Assembly: GCA_009785045.1 (NCBI GenBank)
Contig: WQXC01000001.1
Coordinates: 1-42,229 of the forward strand
Direction of reading: 5' to 3'
Length of the DNA: 42,229 bases
Origin: Treponema sp.
Lineage (GTDB): Bacteria > Spirochaetota > Spirochaetia > Treponematales > Breznakiellaceae
Positions 11,001 to 18,706 of the stretch are shown piece after piece (the first letter of the stretch is position 1; the number at the start of each line of letters is the position of its first letter). A model generated the notes under the pieces. The model was not told where the DNA came from. It did not search any database and saw nothing but the letters and a program-made list of their open reading frames with translations. Both the position numbers and the translations under genes were made by a program.

Positions 11001-14000
11001 TAATATTAAGATTTATTTCAGCATCACCGGTTATTTCTAGTTCATCAATATTGCTAACGATATGTAACTCTGCATTACCGTCGATCTTTAATGAATTATC
11101 GTCACCGTCAATCTCGCTAAATACAAATCCATCGCCTTCAAATGTGAAATCTGTTTTTATGTCACCGTCAAGCGTAACTTTTCCATCTACTGTTAATGTA
11201 CCCATCCCGCTAATGTCATCGTGGAATGTTACGATACCGGTTATTTCCAGTGAGTAACCTCCACCAGTGATTTCACCAAAAACAAATTCCTCACCTTCAA
11301 ACTCAAGATCATCGTCAAGTATGACATTTCCGTCAACTTCCAGCTTCTCTATATTGCTGATATTGCCATTAAAAGTTATATCACCTTCTATTTTCAATGA
11401 GTTTCCGCTACCGTCTATTATATCAAAGATAAAATCTTCGCCTTTAAACACCAGATCTTCACCATCGATCATTGATGTTCCGGTTACTGTTAGTGTTTCT
11501 ATTTCGTCAATATTATCGTTAAATGAAACGCTGCCATTTAATGTCAGCGAATGACCACTACCTGTAATTTCACCTAAAATAATGTTATCTGCTTTTATTG
11601 TACTTGTACTGTCAGGGCTGTCCATTATATTAAGTGTCAGAGACAGCGGGGTATCAGCCGAGCCAAAATATCCGGTTATATCTATATCTGCATCGCGAAG
11701 CACGATGTTATTTTCTGAAATGAGTGTCAGAGTACCAGTTGATTCATAATCACCCCATATTTCTATTATCCCTGAACCGCTTGTTATAAATGTTAAGTCT
11801 CTTTCAGTATTAACATCAACTAAATATATGTTAAATCCTGCGGTTACTACAAATTCTTCATCTGTCGATATATCACCGCTGTTAATATAATAATAATCAG
11901 TACCTGTAAGATCGACAGGAGATGTTGGCTCACGAGTACCAAATACCAGATGTCTATTTGCTGGAATCCTTCTGTGAATGTGGTAACGACCGCCATCAAC
12001 AATTGAATCTCTGTCAATAGAATCTACAGGTAAAAATTCAAATACATTTAAACAAAGTACACCTGCCAATCCTGGAAAAATATTTCCGTTAAAAGCGCTT
12101 GCGTCGAAGGTTTCTGCTTCTATATAAATTACTACATCATCAATGTTACCGGGACATTCTCCTTCTATTTTTTCATCATCTACTATAATGTCTCCGTTGC
12201 CTGTTAATATTACATCACCATTACTTGCTTTTATTATTAAATTAAGCGCAGTAATACCGCCGCCTATTTCAATATCTCCGTTTGTTGAAGATAATATAAT
12301 ATTTACTGCACTTAAAGAAATCGCGCCTTGGTAGGTTTGATTAATATTCGTTGTAAGGTTCGCATTTATTGTACTGTCTCCAGTGACAGTTAAATTTTCA
12401 ATATCGCTGCTGCCGTTTAGAACAGTATCTCCGGTAATTGTTAAAGCAAAGCCGCCGCCGTCAATTAAACCAAGCGTTACAGTTTTATCTGCGCCAACGG
12501 TTAGTTCGATATTGTCACCCAGAGTAACATCGCCTGTATAAGTTTGGTCCCCTGTAGTTTCAATGTCTGCATTTATAGTACTGTCTCCGGTAACGATTAA
12601 ATCGCCAATAGCGGTTACATCGTTAAACACAGCATTTCCTGTAATTGTTAAATCATAACCGCCTGTTATTATTTCCAGTGTTACTGCAAATCCATCGCCT
12701 GTGGTTAATTCAACATTGGCGCTTAAGACAAATTCGTCTAAATAGGTTTGGTTTTCATCAGTTGTTATATCTGAGCCAATTGTTGCAGTACCTTTAACCG
12801 TTAAAGATTCAATAACTTGCATTATTACTGAACTATCAACAGTTAAATTGTTATATGTATCGCCAAACACCCATTGAGCAGTAGAACCTGTTGTATCATT
12901 GTAATAATGAATAGTGCCTGTTTCAGCGGCCGGCGCTGCAGGCGGAGTACCTACTGTTACCTGTCCAGCATTACCGAAAAGTTTTATCGTGCCATTATTG
13001 GTTAATCCGTTTGCACCTGCAACTTCCAGTTTAAAACCTTTTAAATCTATTTCAGCGCCGAGATCAATGGTTATTGTACCGGCTTTTATATTTTCTACAA
13101 GTTCAGGGTAGACTGCAGGATCAGTAACAGCCGGAATAGTTATAACTGTAGAGTCATCACCTGAATACGGAGCAACACTTTCAACCCAGTTATCATCATC
13201 ATCCCAATCACTGCTCTCTGTTCCTTCCCATGTAAATGTGCCGCCTTTGAAAACCCAGCGATTGTTACCACCATCTGTTGCGTCTGTAACGGCATCCAAT
13301 AACAAGTGATTTACTGATTCTAAGTTGCTTATTATCGTAAGAGGGGGTGTTATATCAAATATTACCGAACCTTGATCGATATCAATTTTCCAACGAGTTG
13401 CACCGTCAATTGAATCAATACTGGAAGCTTCACTAATATCAAATGCACCATTTACAGTCTGCTCCATACCCTCTTCGAATTTTACAGCACCTTCTAATTC
13501 TACATTATTAAATTCATTGTTATTATAAATCAAAGCGTTTGTAAAAAGAACTTTACCGGTACCGGGAGTAAACGTACTTCCTACTCCTCTTTCCCATATT
13601 CCGCTAACCTCAACCACTTCACCTGCAATTAAAGTTCCGTTTATTTCTATATTTTTTAATGAAAGTAAATTGCCGCCGTTAAGAACTGCGTCGTCAGAAA
13701 TAATAAGATTTTCTGCAACAAAAACATTATTACCAGCAGTAATTGTTCCTTCAAGTATTGTTAAGTTATAAAACTGAGTTATTCCGCAAAGCCCTGCAGC
13801 GCCGCTGTTATTAATCACAACAGTTCCAGAAATAAGTGTAGAATCTTCTATTGTTTCTGTACCGGCAAGTATCAAAGTACCGCTTCCGCTTGGCATTGAC
13901 ACATCACCTAAACTGCTTGTTCCGCCGTTCACAGCAATGTCAAGAATGCCGCCGGTTATTTCTAATGTTCCGGTTACAGTTATATCAGCAGGTGCGGTTC

Positions 14001-17000
14001 TGTCTCCGCCTTTTATCGTAAGGTTATTAAATGTTGTAATCCCGGCAAAACCAGTTCCTGAGTCGTAGAACTCAACAGTGCCGCCTATCGTTGATGCAGG
14101 CGTCATCGTAATCGTTTGCGATGCTTCTCCAATTAACTTAATTGTTCCGTTATTGGTTAAGTCATTTTCTTCTGTTACTGTCAGGTTAAAACCGGCAAGA
14201 TCTAATTCTGCGCCATCGCTAATAATTAAAACTGCACATTCTACATCATCATTTAAAACAGGATAATGTGCACCGGTATTAACAACAGGAATAATTATTA
14301 TCGCTGTTGCAGATGGAACAATCCATCCAAGCCAGTTATCTTCATCGTCCCAATCAGAACTTTCAGTGCCTTCCCATACGCAAACAATATCATCGTTAAA
14401 TACATTAATATTATTATCATTATCAATTGCATCAACGCCGCGCTCAAGTCCAAGATTATTATTTGAAAAACAGTCGCCGATGGCAGGTAAATTATTAGTA
14501 TTTACTGTTGTATTCCCTTCTAAAATCCAGCGTTCTTCTCCAGGTGTTTCAGCGCTTAATACTGCTCCATCCAAGTTCAATACAGGTATAGTTTGCGTAC
14601 TGCCATTTGCAAACAGGACTGTTGAATCTTCATTACAAGTAAGTACAGAAACAGTATTGTTACCTGTAAATAAAACTGTTTCTTCAGTTATAACTATGTT
14701 AAAGACATTGTCATTGTTTACTGTTGCTGAGTTAAACTCAACTGTGCCTGTACCAGCATTAAATATTCCGGTTCTGTTCCACACGCCATTCGTTAAAATT
14801 ATTGTTCCGCTGCCTGCATTTAATGTACCGGTTATTGTCAAGTTTTCGATATTGAAGTCATTGTCATTTAAGTTAAGTTCTGCTCCGGTTCCAATTACTA
14901 AAGTGTTTAAATAATTAAGAGCTCCGTTAAACACACTAGTACCTGAAACTAGTGACAGATTTCCGGTTCCGGTAATATTACCGCCAAAAGTTAAATCATT
15001 AGCAATGATACTATTTGTTCCACCAACTGTAAAAGTGCCGTCAACATCAATATCGCCGGTAATTTCTATAATGTTGCCGGTAAGAGCAACATTGCCGTCA
15101 AAAGTTAAACTGCCTGATGAATAATAGTCGCTTTCAAAAATAATTGAACCATCTTCTGTTTCAAATTTTGGACTTCTGTCATTCGGTGACGAATCGGTAC
15201 CAACATTGTAAATATAGATATTAAAACCGTCAGTCACACTTAATTCAGGAACATCCCCAATACGATCATCTAAAGATGATACAAATAGATAATTTCCTGC
15301 GATTTCAGGATCTTCATCTGCATAAACAAGATTGCGGTTTCGCGCATGGAAATGAATACCTTTGCCATTATTTATGGCACCTTCAAATGTAAATTCATCA
15401 AGATACGCACAAACCCAGCCGTCGCTGTCGTTCGGCAGCGTAATAGCACCTGTCCCGGTTAAGTTCGCAGCATTTATATAGACAGCGTCAGAATCAGTAT
15501 GAGTTTGGCTAGTACTAGATACAGTAATACTGCCTGCACTGCCAATTTCAACAGTACCGAAAGCACCTGCGTTCATTGCTAGGCTATTCGATGTAATATC
15601 GCTGGCAATTGTAATGTCGCCATTAACTGCTGATAAACTAACTGCTCCTAATAATGTAGTAATAGTGTTATTAACTGTAATAGAACCATTTACTGCTGAT
15701 AAATTAATATCTCCTGAAGTTTCAATAATGTTTGCAGTTATATTTTCTTCGTCAAAAGGAACAACAATATTTCCAGTTGTTTCGGTTATAGTAATATTTC
15801 CGCCGGTAATTGCACTATTGGTCGCTGTAAATGTTAAATCTTCACCGGCACCAATATTGCTGCTATAGGTAATATTTCCTGGATCAGTTCCTGTTCTATG
15901 TAATTCTACATTACTAACCTGATTATTGCCTGCCATTCTTATTTCATCTCTGGCTTCAAATACCAATTTGCTGCCGGAAACTACGCTTCTAAATTCTATA
16001 CTGCCTTCAACAGAAGTAATTGTTGTACCCTCTCCGGGAAACATTACAGAACCAGGTGTTGCTGGTTCATCTCCTTGAGTGAATCCAAGTAGAGAATTTA
16101 TATCCCCTTCTGATGTAAATGTTCCAGAATTTCTTACAAAGGTACGCCCAAGAGAAGTTAGACCTTTTAAGTTAATATTTTCACCAATAAAATAAAAATG
16201 CCGGCGTTCTGTACCTGTAAATTCCAGTTCGATTGGTGTATTAAAACTAATTTGATAATTTCCTACATTAATTCCCAGTTCCATTGCGTTACTGGAGGCA
16301 GTAACAATTTTATTATCTCCATTACCGTCCTGTACAAATCCGCCTAATGCTGTTATGCGGCTATCTCCCTGTTTATAAAACTCATCTTCGTTAGTTATCC
16401 ATACTATTCCAAGAGAATGAAGCCTTTCCGTTTTAATTTCATTACCAATCAATCTTATGGAACCTACTGCAGTTAATGCATTTGTTGTTCCAATATCTTT
16501 GATATCAATATTACCAGCTCCGGCATCAATGGTAATAGAATAAGCACCGGTAGGAGTAAGAGGAGCGGGAGGAGCAGGGTTACCAGAATTAATAACATTA
16601 TTAAAAGTTATATCCCCGCCATTTGATGTAAAAATAGTATCTCCATCAAGTACTATAGCTCCAGAAATGTTAATTGGCGTATTGTTAGTCGTAATGTTAG
16701 CAGTAATTCTGTTGTTTGCTGCTGTACCTGTTCTGGCAAAGCCACCGCTTGCGGTAATTGCCTCATTTATTGTTAATACAACAGTATTTGCACCTGCTGT
16801 TGCAGAAGCAAACGAGAATTCACCTTCGTAATTTTGCACAGCATTTATTGCTGCTGTTCCAGCTAGTTGAGTATAACTATTCGCAAAAACTGTGCCGCTT
16901 GCACCAAAATTAACTGCTCCAGTTGTAACTGTTATATCTCCAATAGGCAATTCTTCAGTTCCTACAGGTCCATTAATACCTATTGCGTCTCCAACAAGAT

Positions 17001-18252
17001 TTCCTGAAAGCGTTAAATGGTTACCATCACCATTTGTTCCAAAAATACCGCCGTTTATCGTAATGCTTGTTGCTGTTATACTGTTTACAGCATCGCCAAT
17101 CAGCGTTAATCTCTGTAAACCTATATTAAAAGTATTACCTGTTCCGAGGGCAATAGTAGCGTTGTTAAGCCGCATACCATTAGCAGAATTTAGTGTAAGT
17201 GTACCTGTAGTTTGATATGCTCCGCGAATTTCTATATAGCCATTTGGTGCGGTAAAAGAATATGATGCAGCGCCAATATTTCCAGCATCTAAAATATAAA
17301 CATTTAAATAATCATCACCTGGGGTTACAGGAGTTCCATCCAAGATAAAATAGTCATAGTCTACACCTACACCCAAAAGAGTACCACCAGAAGTGTCAAC
17401 TACACTACCAAAAACTAAGTGTTTATCGTCGGTGCTGCCGGTATTATCTATAACATCTCCGTCTCCAGTAATACTAGGAGGCGGATCACTGGATTCTAAA
17501 GTAACAGTACTTCCATCGCCAACATCAATATCAACAGTCCCACCGGAGGTAATATTGCCAAAATCAACATCACTGTCTTCTCCAATATTAATTGTGATAT
17601 TACCATTGGAATCAATGTCGCCAAATTCAACACTACTTCCATCTCCAATATTAATTGTGACATTCCCATTGGAATCTATATCACTAAATTCAACACTGCT
17701 TCCATCTCCGATATTAATTGTAACAGGTCTACTACCTGCTATAATAATTCCGATTTTACTTGTTGTTGTACCAGGAGGAACAATAATTTCTATTGAGTTT
17801 GAAGCGGAATTTGGATTCATATCTACATAAGCGCCGCCCATAGTAACATTACTACCAGTTATCCCAGCATTATTAGTTTCTGCTACAGTTAAATTATTTA
17901 TTTTCATAGCAGAAGATGGGCCAGCAATCCGTAAAATACCATTTAATGTTGTTGTGTCAATAACAGTCAGCGTATTACTATTAGTATAAAGAAAGACTTC
18001 ATAATTAGAAACAATGGTAATATTTTTTATTATAACATCTCCAGTAATTTGCATACCGGGCGAAGACCAACTGGTAGTTGCTATTGTTACTTCATCATCA
18101 GGATTTATTCCAGGAACACCATTTGGTGCCCAGTTTGCAGCAGTATGCCAATCGCCGCCGTCACCGCCAACCCACGTATAATCAGTCCCCTGCCCCCAGA
18201 CTGCACCTATGAGAAAAGTTAAAAATAACAAAAAAATCGCGATTTTCTTCAT
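2020..18252 (-). CDS. Giant secreted/surface protein (5410 aa) with beta-helix-like repeats and a C-terminal FlgD Ig-like domain
   Basis: Uninterrupted ORF. Sec signal peptide MKKIAIFLLFLTFLIGAVWG. G/T/I/D/N-rich repeats. C-terminus GRVTIQVYTLDGTLVRSL...WDGTNNGGRPVARGMYFIRV...RKVMVVR is typical of FlgD-Ig domains. Confidence 0.85.
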   Translation of the reverse strand: MKKIAIFLLFLTFLIGAVWGQGTDYTWVGGDGGDWHTAANWAPNGVPGINPDDEVTIATTSWSSPGMQITGDVIIKNITIVSNYEVFLYTNSNTLTVIDTTTLNGILRIAGPSSAMKINNLTVAETNNAGITGSNVTMGGAYVDMNPNSASNSIEIIVPPGTTTSKIGIIIAGSRPVTINIGDGSSVEFSDIDSNGNVTINIGDGSSVEFGDIDSNGNITINIGEDSDVDFGNITSGGTVDIDVGDGSTVTLESSDPPPSITGDGDVIDNTGSTDDKHLVFGSVVDTSGGTLLGVGVDYDYFILDGTPVTPGDDYLNVYILDAGNIGAASYSFTAPNGYIEIRGAYQTTGTLTLNSANGMRLNNATIALGTGNTFNIGLQRLTLIGDAVNSITATSITINGGIFGTNGDGNHLTLSGNLVGDAIGINGPVGTEELPIGDITVTTGAVNFGASGTVFANSYTQLAGTAAINAVQNYEGEFSFASATAGANTVVLTINEAITASGGFARTGTAANNRITANITTNNTPINISGAIVLDGDTIFTSNGGDITFNNVINSGNPAPPAPLTPTGAYSITIDAGAGNIDIKDIGTTNALTAVGSIRLIGNEIKTERLHSLGIVWITNEDEFYKQGDSRITALGGFVQDGNGDNKIVTASSNAMELGINVGNYQISFNTPIELEFTGTERRHFYFIGENINLKGLTSLGRTFVRNSGTFTSEGDINSLLGFTQGDEPATPGSVMFPGEGTTITSVEGSIEFRSVVSGSKLVFEARDEIRMAGNNQVSNVELHRTGTDPGNITYSSNIGAGEDLTFTATNSAITGGNITITETTGNIVVPFDEENITANIIETSGDINLSAVNGSITVNNTITTLLGAVSLSAVNGDITIASDITSNSLAMNAGAFGTVEIGSAGSITVSSTSQTHTDSDAVYINAANLTGTGAITLPNDSDGWVCAYLDEFTFEGAINNGKGIHFHARNRNLVYADEDPEIAGNYLFVSSLDDRIGDVPELSVTDGFNIYIYNVGTDSSPNDRSPKFETEDGSIIFESDYYSSGSLTFDGNVALTGNIIEITGDIDVDGTFTVGGTNSIIANDLTFGGNITGTGNLSLVSGTSVFNGALNYLNTLVIGTGAELNLNDNDFNIENLTITGTLNAGSGTIILTNGVWNRTGIFNAGTGTVEFNSATVNNDNVFNIVITEETVLFTGNNTVSVLTCNEDSTVLFANGSTQTIPVLNLDGAVLSAETPGEERWILEGNTTVNTNNLPAIGDCFSNNNLGLERGVDAIDNDNNINVFNDDIVCVWEGTESSDWDDEDNWLGWIVPSATAIIIIPVVNTGAHYPVLNDDVECAVLIISDGAELDLAGFNLTVTEENDLTNNGTIKLIGEASQTITMTPASTIGGTVEFYDSGTGFAGITTFNNLTIKGGDRTAPADITVTGTLEITGGILDIAVNGGTSSLGDVSMPSGSGTLILAGTETIEDSTLISGTVVINNSGAAGLCGITQFYNLTILEGTITAGNNVFVAENLIISDDAVLNGGNLLSLKNIEINGTLIAGEVVEVSGIWERGVGSTFTPGTGKVLFTNALIYNNNEFNNVELEGAVKFEEGMEQTVNGAFDISEASSIDSIDGATRWKIDIDQGSVIFDITPPLTIISNLESVNHLLLDAVTDATDGGNNRWVFKGGTFTWEGTESSDWDDDDNWVESVAPYSGDDSTVITIPAVTDPAVYPELVENIKAGTITIDLGAEIDLKGFKLEVAGANGLTNNGTIKLFGNAGQVTVGTPPAAPAAETGTIHYYNDTTGSTAQWVFGDTYNNLTVDSSVIMQVIESLTVKGTATIGSDITTDENQTYLDEFVLSANVELTTGDGFAVTLEIITGGYDLTITGNAVFNDVTAIGDLIVTGDSTINADIETTGDQTYTGDVTLGDNIELTVGADKTVTLGLIDGGGFALTITGDTVLNGSSDIENLTVTGDSTINANLTTNINQTYQGAISLSAVNIILSSTNGDIEIGGGITALNLIIKASNGDVILTGNGDIIVDDEKIEGECPGNIDDVVIYIEAETFDASAFNGNIFPGLAGVLCLNVFEFLPVDSIDRDSIVDGGRYHIHRRIPANRHLVFGTREPTSPVDLTGTDYYYINSGDISTDEEFVVTAGFNIYLVDVNTERDLTFITSGSGIIEIWGDYESTGTLTLISENNIVLRDADIDITGYFGSADTPLSLTLNIMDSPDSTSTIKADNIILGEITGSGHSLTLNGSVSFNDNIDEIETLTVTGTSMIDGEDLVFKGEDFIFDIIDGSGNSLKIEGDITFNGNISNIEKLEVDGNVILDDDLEFEGEEFVFGEITGGGYSLEITGIVTFHDDISGMGTLTVDGKVTLDGDIKTDFTFEGDGFVFSEIDGDDNSLKIDGNAELHIVSNIDELEITGDAEINLNITTTGDLIFGGDITLAGTTAITLSSASDIVITGDITCGAAETIGLILDSENGDISLSGSVSVLNLIMRAQSGDVILIGSGTIETSDEEILDECPSEISDISIYVEAINFNASGFDGEIIPGDYSVLCLNVIDYLPRPIDPDVIDSSRYHIHQKLPENKHLVYYTVTTLPDDLDTLIGGDIDSYFLLSSTAPIVDLAFTVSENFNIYLVNVDTNKSLTFTTSGSGVIEIWGEYKSTGTLTLVTENSVLLRDAEIDITGNFGSTGTSLALTLDAQDALVLISESTIKAANIYLGEITIASGDRSLTFEGNTVFNGNITGIDILTVDGDITLGDNLEFTGSEFILSVIDGNDNSLELTGEVTFSGNISNIVKLEVVGDVTLDGDDLVFEGDEFIFGEITGGGNSLTITGEVTFNDDISGMDTLTVTRKATLAGDIKTYFTFEGDEFIFSEIDGDEKSLKIDGNAELHIVENINVLEITGIAEINQSITTTGDQIYNQIVTAGSNPINLSSGGEIEITGEVSGIAGLTVAAEGNVTIGSGGVDLNNRLTLDSANGNININGPISAQNLIFKAHFGDVILTGSGDIVTEDIEILDECPTSIPEIVIYIEAEKFDASGFTGFIIPGSDSELCLNVVEFDFNVSIISGRYHIHQRIPKNKHLVFGTTPYPATLQIMIDLNSDLFFEIGSGVSTGEDYIVSENYNIYIVNADVTRELIFETSGSGVIEFWGDFKSTQTLTLVTDSSIKLVDAEIELTGTNSTFGRADAELTLAGTGSSSIIADTIILNKIEGNSESLILTGDVTFNGDIENIDELTVTGDVTLGGSGEAYAFTGTTFILGEIFGGGNSLILTGDVTFNGDIENIDELTVDGEVTLGGTGEDYTFTGTTFILGEIFGGDNSLTITGNTTFNGDINIVMLTVDGDVTLGGTGVDFEFTGTTVILGEIIGGDNSLKIDGDAELHIVNNIDVLEITGTAEINQNITTSGDQIYNQVVASGSNPINLSSGGEIEITGEVTGISGLTISAEGDLTIGAGGVDLNNRLTLDSANGNINISGSISAQNLIIKAHFGDVILTGSGNIETSDIEILGECPTSIPEIVIYIEAEKFDASGFTGNIIPGLDSELCFNVVEYDFDANIIIGRYHIHQRIPKNNHLVFGTKPYPLPLQAIIALNSDLFFEIDSDVSTEEYYIVSENYNIYIVNADVDRELIFETSGTGTIEFWGDFESTQTLTLVTDSSIKLVDAEIELTGTNSTFGRADADLTLAGTGDSSIIADTIILGEISGGDKSLTLTGDVTLNGDINDIDELTITGDVTLSGTGEDYAFTGTTFILGEIFGGGNSLTITGDAIFNGDIANIDELTVNGEVTLGGSGGDYTFTGTTFILGEIIGGGNSLEITGDTTFNGDISGIVMLEVVGDVTLNGAGTSRTFTGDEFIFSEIDGGAKSLTIIGDVTLKGEIENINELTINGSANIHADITTTGDQEYDNIIFVGSITHTLTSTSGDITLNGDVFAYQLAVITDIDSGNVTINGTVIIVDPSNQGIYCSEADVNYTIMVRAFNFILPSLVDEIINPGSGELCLWLGDDYNNDAFDGYVVNNAYHLHSINYSTNRNLVYYNSSNMPVDPRTIYTPGTDYVFIDADRSFSASFTVRDDKNIYLYHVGENNRDVIFNLEAGSSGIIEIIGDYKAANLTLNPGSSGIKLTDANIELTANFSTNGADLTIAGTNGNTIKAANITLNEVNSETTSSLTLEAASNININGEVDIEGSFITTTGIISGTAFTVNAGDITIGTGGINITGRAILEAGGNIDLRGDINALNLSLTANIISGNITIHDTVNNITLTNTFITPVPCQFAVDNGDNIIMFVKARNLAAADFTGNITLGSIMANCICLTVRTSTLDENRIIVGSICDHDDDSFVIPTDQNIVYGFEPDELLFPGYFIVDSSRSDLDLQLEIELDEGFHIIIIDIGTGNDANTREIIFTTSGAGYIEFRGDYTYTSTENITLNGNIIINGNVSITGGANVIQESGNLTLNTGSTLDISESSWHIGGAGTLNDFAGINGTLILGTGSNLIVNNLNLTGSGFTVNNTGRATISARGDVTITGASLQGGDHPLLILEMIGNGPANAQRTQTLTTTKALGSLHVRPGSLTQLANNLEVNGEVEIEYERTLAISNGVLDARGFNIILKAGLAETKYGDAGARVGRWTIINAPEEITAGLDPQMFAFLQNPADSVRFEKVSAADRAFFEISGNTVWQNFICQEQRGATIQFSTDPHQHVFLNDFIVRVTGSTNEADRITVTRMTETAGWVHVHTPGLIPPANGLPLAPVPAEADKFWNFNLMQINKLDIYYVQLYFSHAVYQSVTIETDTNNVRAFPFFAGNVGYFNFNWREERSLKIIYSFVEDSNGNGRVDRIRVQTSVTIDTVASNFTGFRAIVDSYSVINYSFVPGHDDSFYIYLEEKPVLYDGKPLTWHIDLNTSLVDVRNKPVGISDGRVYSTINTIPPRISYTVTLPGLNQTFIQMSQPVASYADGSGSNGRINGQAANGMDRTPRPVNALVYTGGDTPQSFSLRPGEPAIEGALNYLIITDSAPDITDLASLPPVGDAPGVMSFIMQGLWSLTERALDWSDLNIDPNSSYPPPKYPVDWTYSGYLEYRGNGHIVSMSDPAGNPNRNTNIFVPPYRVLTPEMMRMLESGTPVTPGMFTNDGELVRRSTDLLVSIPPAAGDIDKYFAWPVWARLADSPNPESDSQIDNGVIWDFDGSKFLEARGDIELQARINPNLSSPGTLELFWTRDVSIGFRNPAELPSRGSSGGLWQPDLSALNSSDPLYQYAPVSGINPLDPHSGLLLAPLFNFRLDSSTPLNSGDKIEFIFRMDSVPDMFIARLDAPRGADVSAAKWWTMIRPFSFDIQDIRLQRGGVTILNNVINSDNREITYLRYSLMRPGRVTIQVYTLDGTLVRSLKRNEMHEAGEFTDGWDGTNNGGRPVARGMYFIRVVGPDIDEIRKVMVVR
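6690..11580 (-). repeat. Arrays of ~38-40-aa coding repeats (G-D-V-T-L...F-x-G-x-x-F-I-L/F-G-E-I-x-G-G-x-N-S-L-x-I-T-G-D-x-T-F-N-G-D-I)
   Basis: Visible in protein and DNA, in clusters near 6690-7200, 8180-8640, 9640-10110 and 11090-11580. Boundaries are approximate. Confidence 0.8.
7190..9650 (-). repeat. Long intragenic tandem duplication with a 1467-bp period
   Basis: Matching segments such as CGTTGAT at 7354/8821 and TTCCGGAATCGAAGT at 7744/9211 share a 1467-bp offset. Confidence 0.85.
17510..17721 (-). repeat. 63-bp (21-aa) tandem repeat, ~3.5 copies (INIGDGSSVEFxDIDSNGNxT)
   Basis: TCCAATATTAATTGT-like unit at 17581, 17644 and 17707. Confidence 0.85.
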
Positions 18253-18273
18253 GAGTTATTTATACGTATTCCT

Positions 18274-18310
18274 ATTATCGGCAAAATCCCCTCTCTTCTA
18301 TATTGTAGCA
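18274..18310 (-). promoter_or_regulatory. Candidate promoters of the giant gene: extended -10 sigma70 type and FliA-like
   Basis: Minus strand: TG-c-TACAAT (18302-18310) and TATA-N16-GCCGATAA (18275-18302). Confidence 0.5.
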
Positions 18311-18352
18311 TATTTTAGCGGGTATTTCTATATCTGGTATTAAATAATAAGA

Positions 18353-18397
18353 TTTCGTACGAAAATACTTGCTTTTATCGTGCGATTTAGATATACT
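18353..18397 (+). promoter_or_regulatory. Toxin-antitoxin promoter with two palindromic operator candidates
   Basis: TTGCTT(18369-18374)-17 bp-TATACT(18392-18397). Perfect palindrome TTTCGTACGAAA (18353-18364) and imperfect ATCGTGCGAT (18377-18386). Confidence 0.7.
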
Positions 18398-18425
18398 TAT
18401 ATCATACTATTAGAAGGAGTATAAA

Positions 18426-18704
18426 ATGGTCGTTACAGCCACCCAATTTAAGGCAAGTATTGGACACTATCTGGATACCGTTGCAGAAAACAAACCGGTA
18501 TATATCACCAAAAACGGCAGGCTAATTGCTAAATTATCAGATCCAGCCGAGGACAAAATGTCTATCTTGAATGCTCTTGTGGGAATAATTCCCAAAAATC
18601 ATATGAGTCTTGATGATATAAAAAGAGAAAGACTTGCAAGACACGCCCCCTGGATAATGGACCCCAAGTACGATAATCCTCCGGTTAAAGAGGAAAAGGT
18701 ATAA
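18426..18704 (+). CDS. Phd/YefM-family antitoxin
   Basis: VTATQFKASIGHYLDTV...PVYITKNGRLIAKL pattern; AAGGAG RBS; directly upstream of a PIN gene. Confidence 0.88.
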   Translation: MVVTATQFKASIGHYLDTVAENKPVYITKNGRLIAKLSDPAEDKMSILNALVGIIPKNHMSLDDIKRERLARHAPWIMDPKYDNPPVKEEKV

Positions 18705-18706
18705 CA

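Noticed and set aside
6690-11580. Regularly spaced repeats as a CRISPR array or DGR/shufflon
   Set aside because: The repeats are degenerate, in-frame coding units; no identical repeats with unique spacers, and no cas, reverse transcriptase or recombinase gene.
2873-17830. Many plus-strand ORFs (60-254 aa, S/P/V/I-rich) inside the giant gene
   Set aside because: Antisense shadows caused by the biased codons of the real gene; no recognisable motifs.
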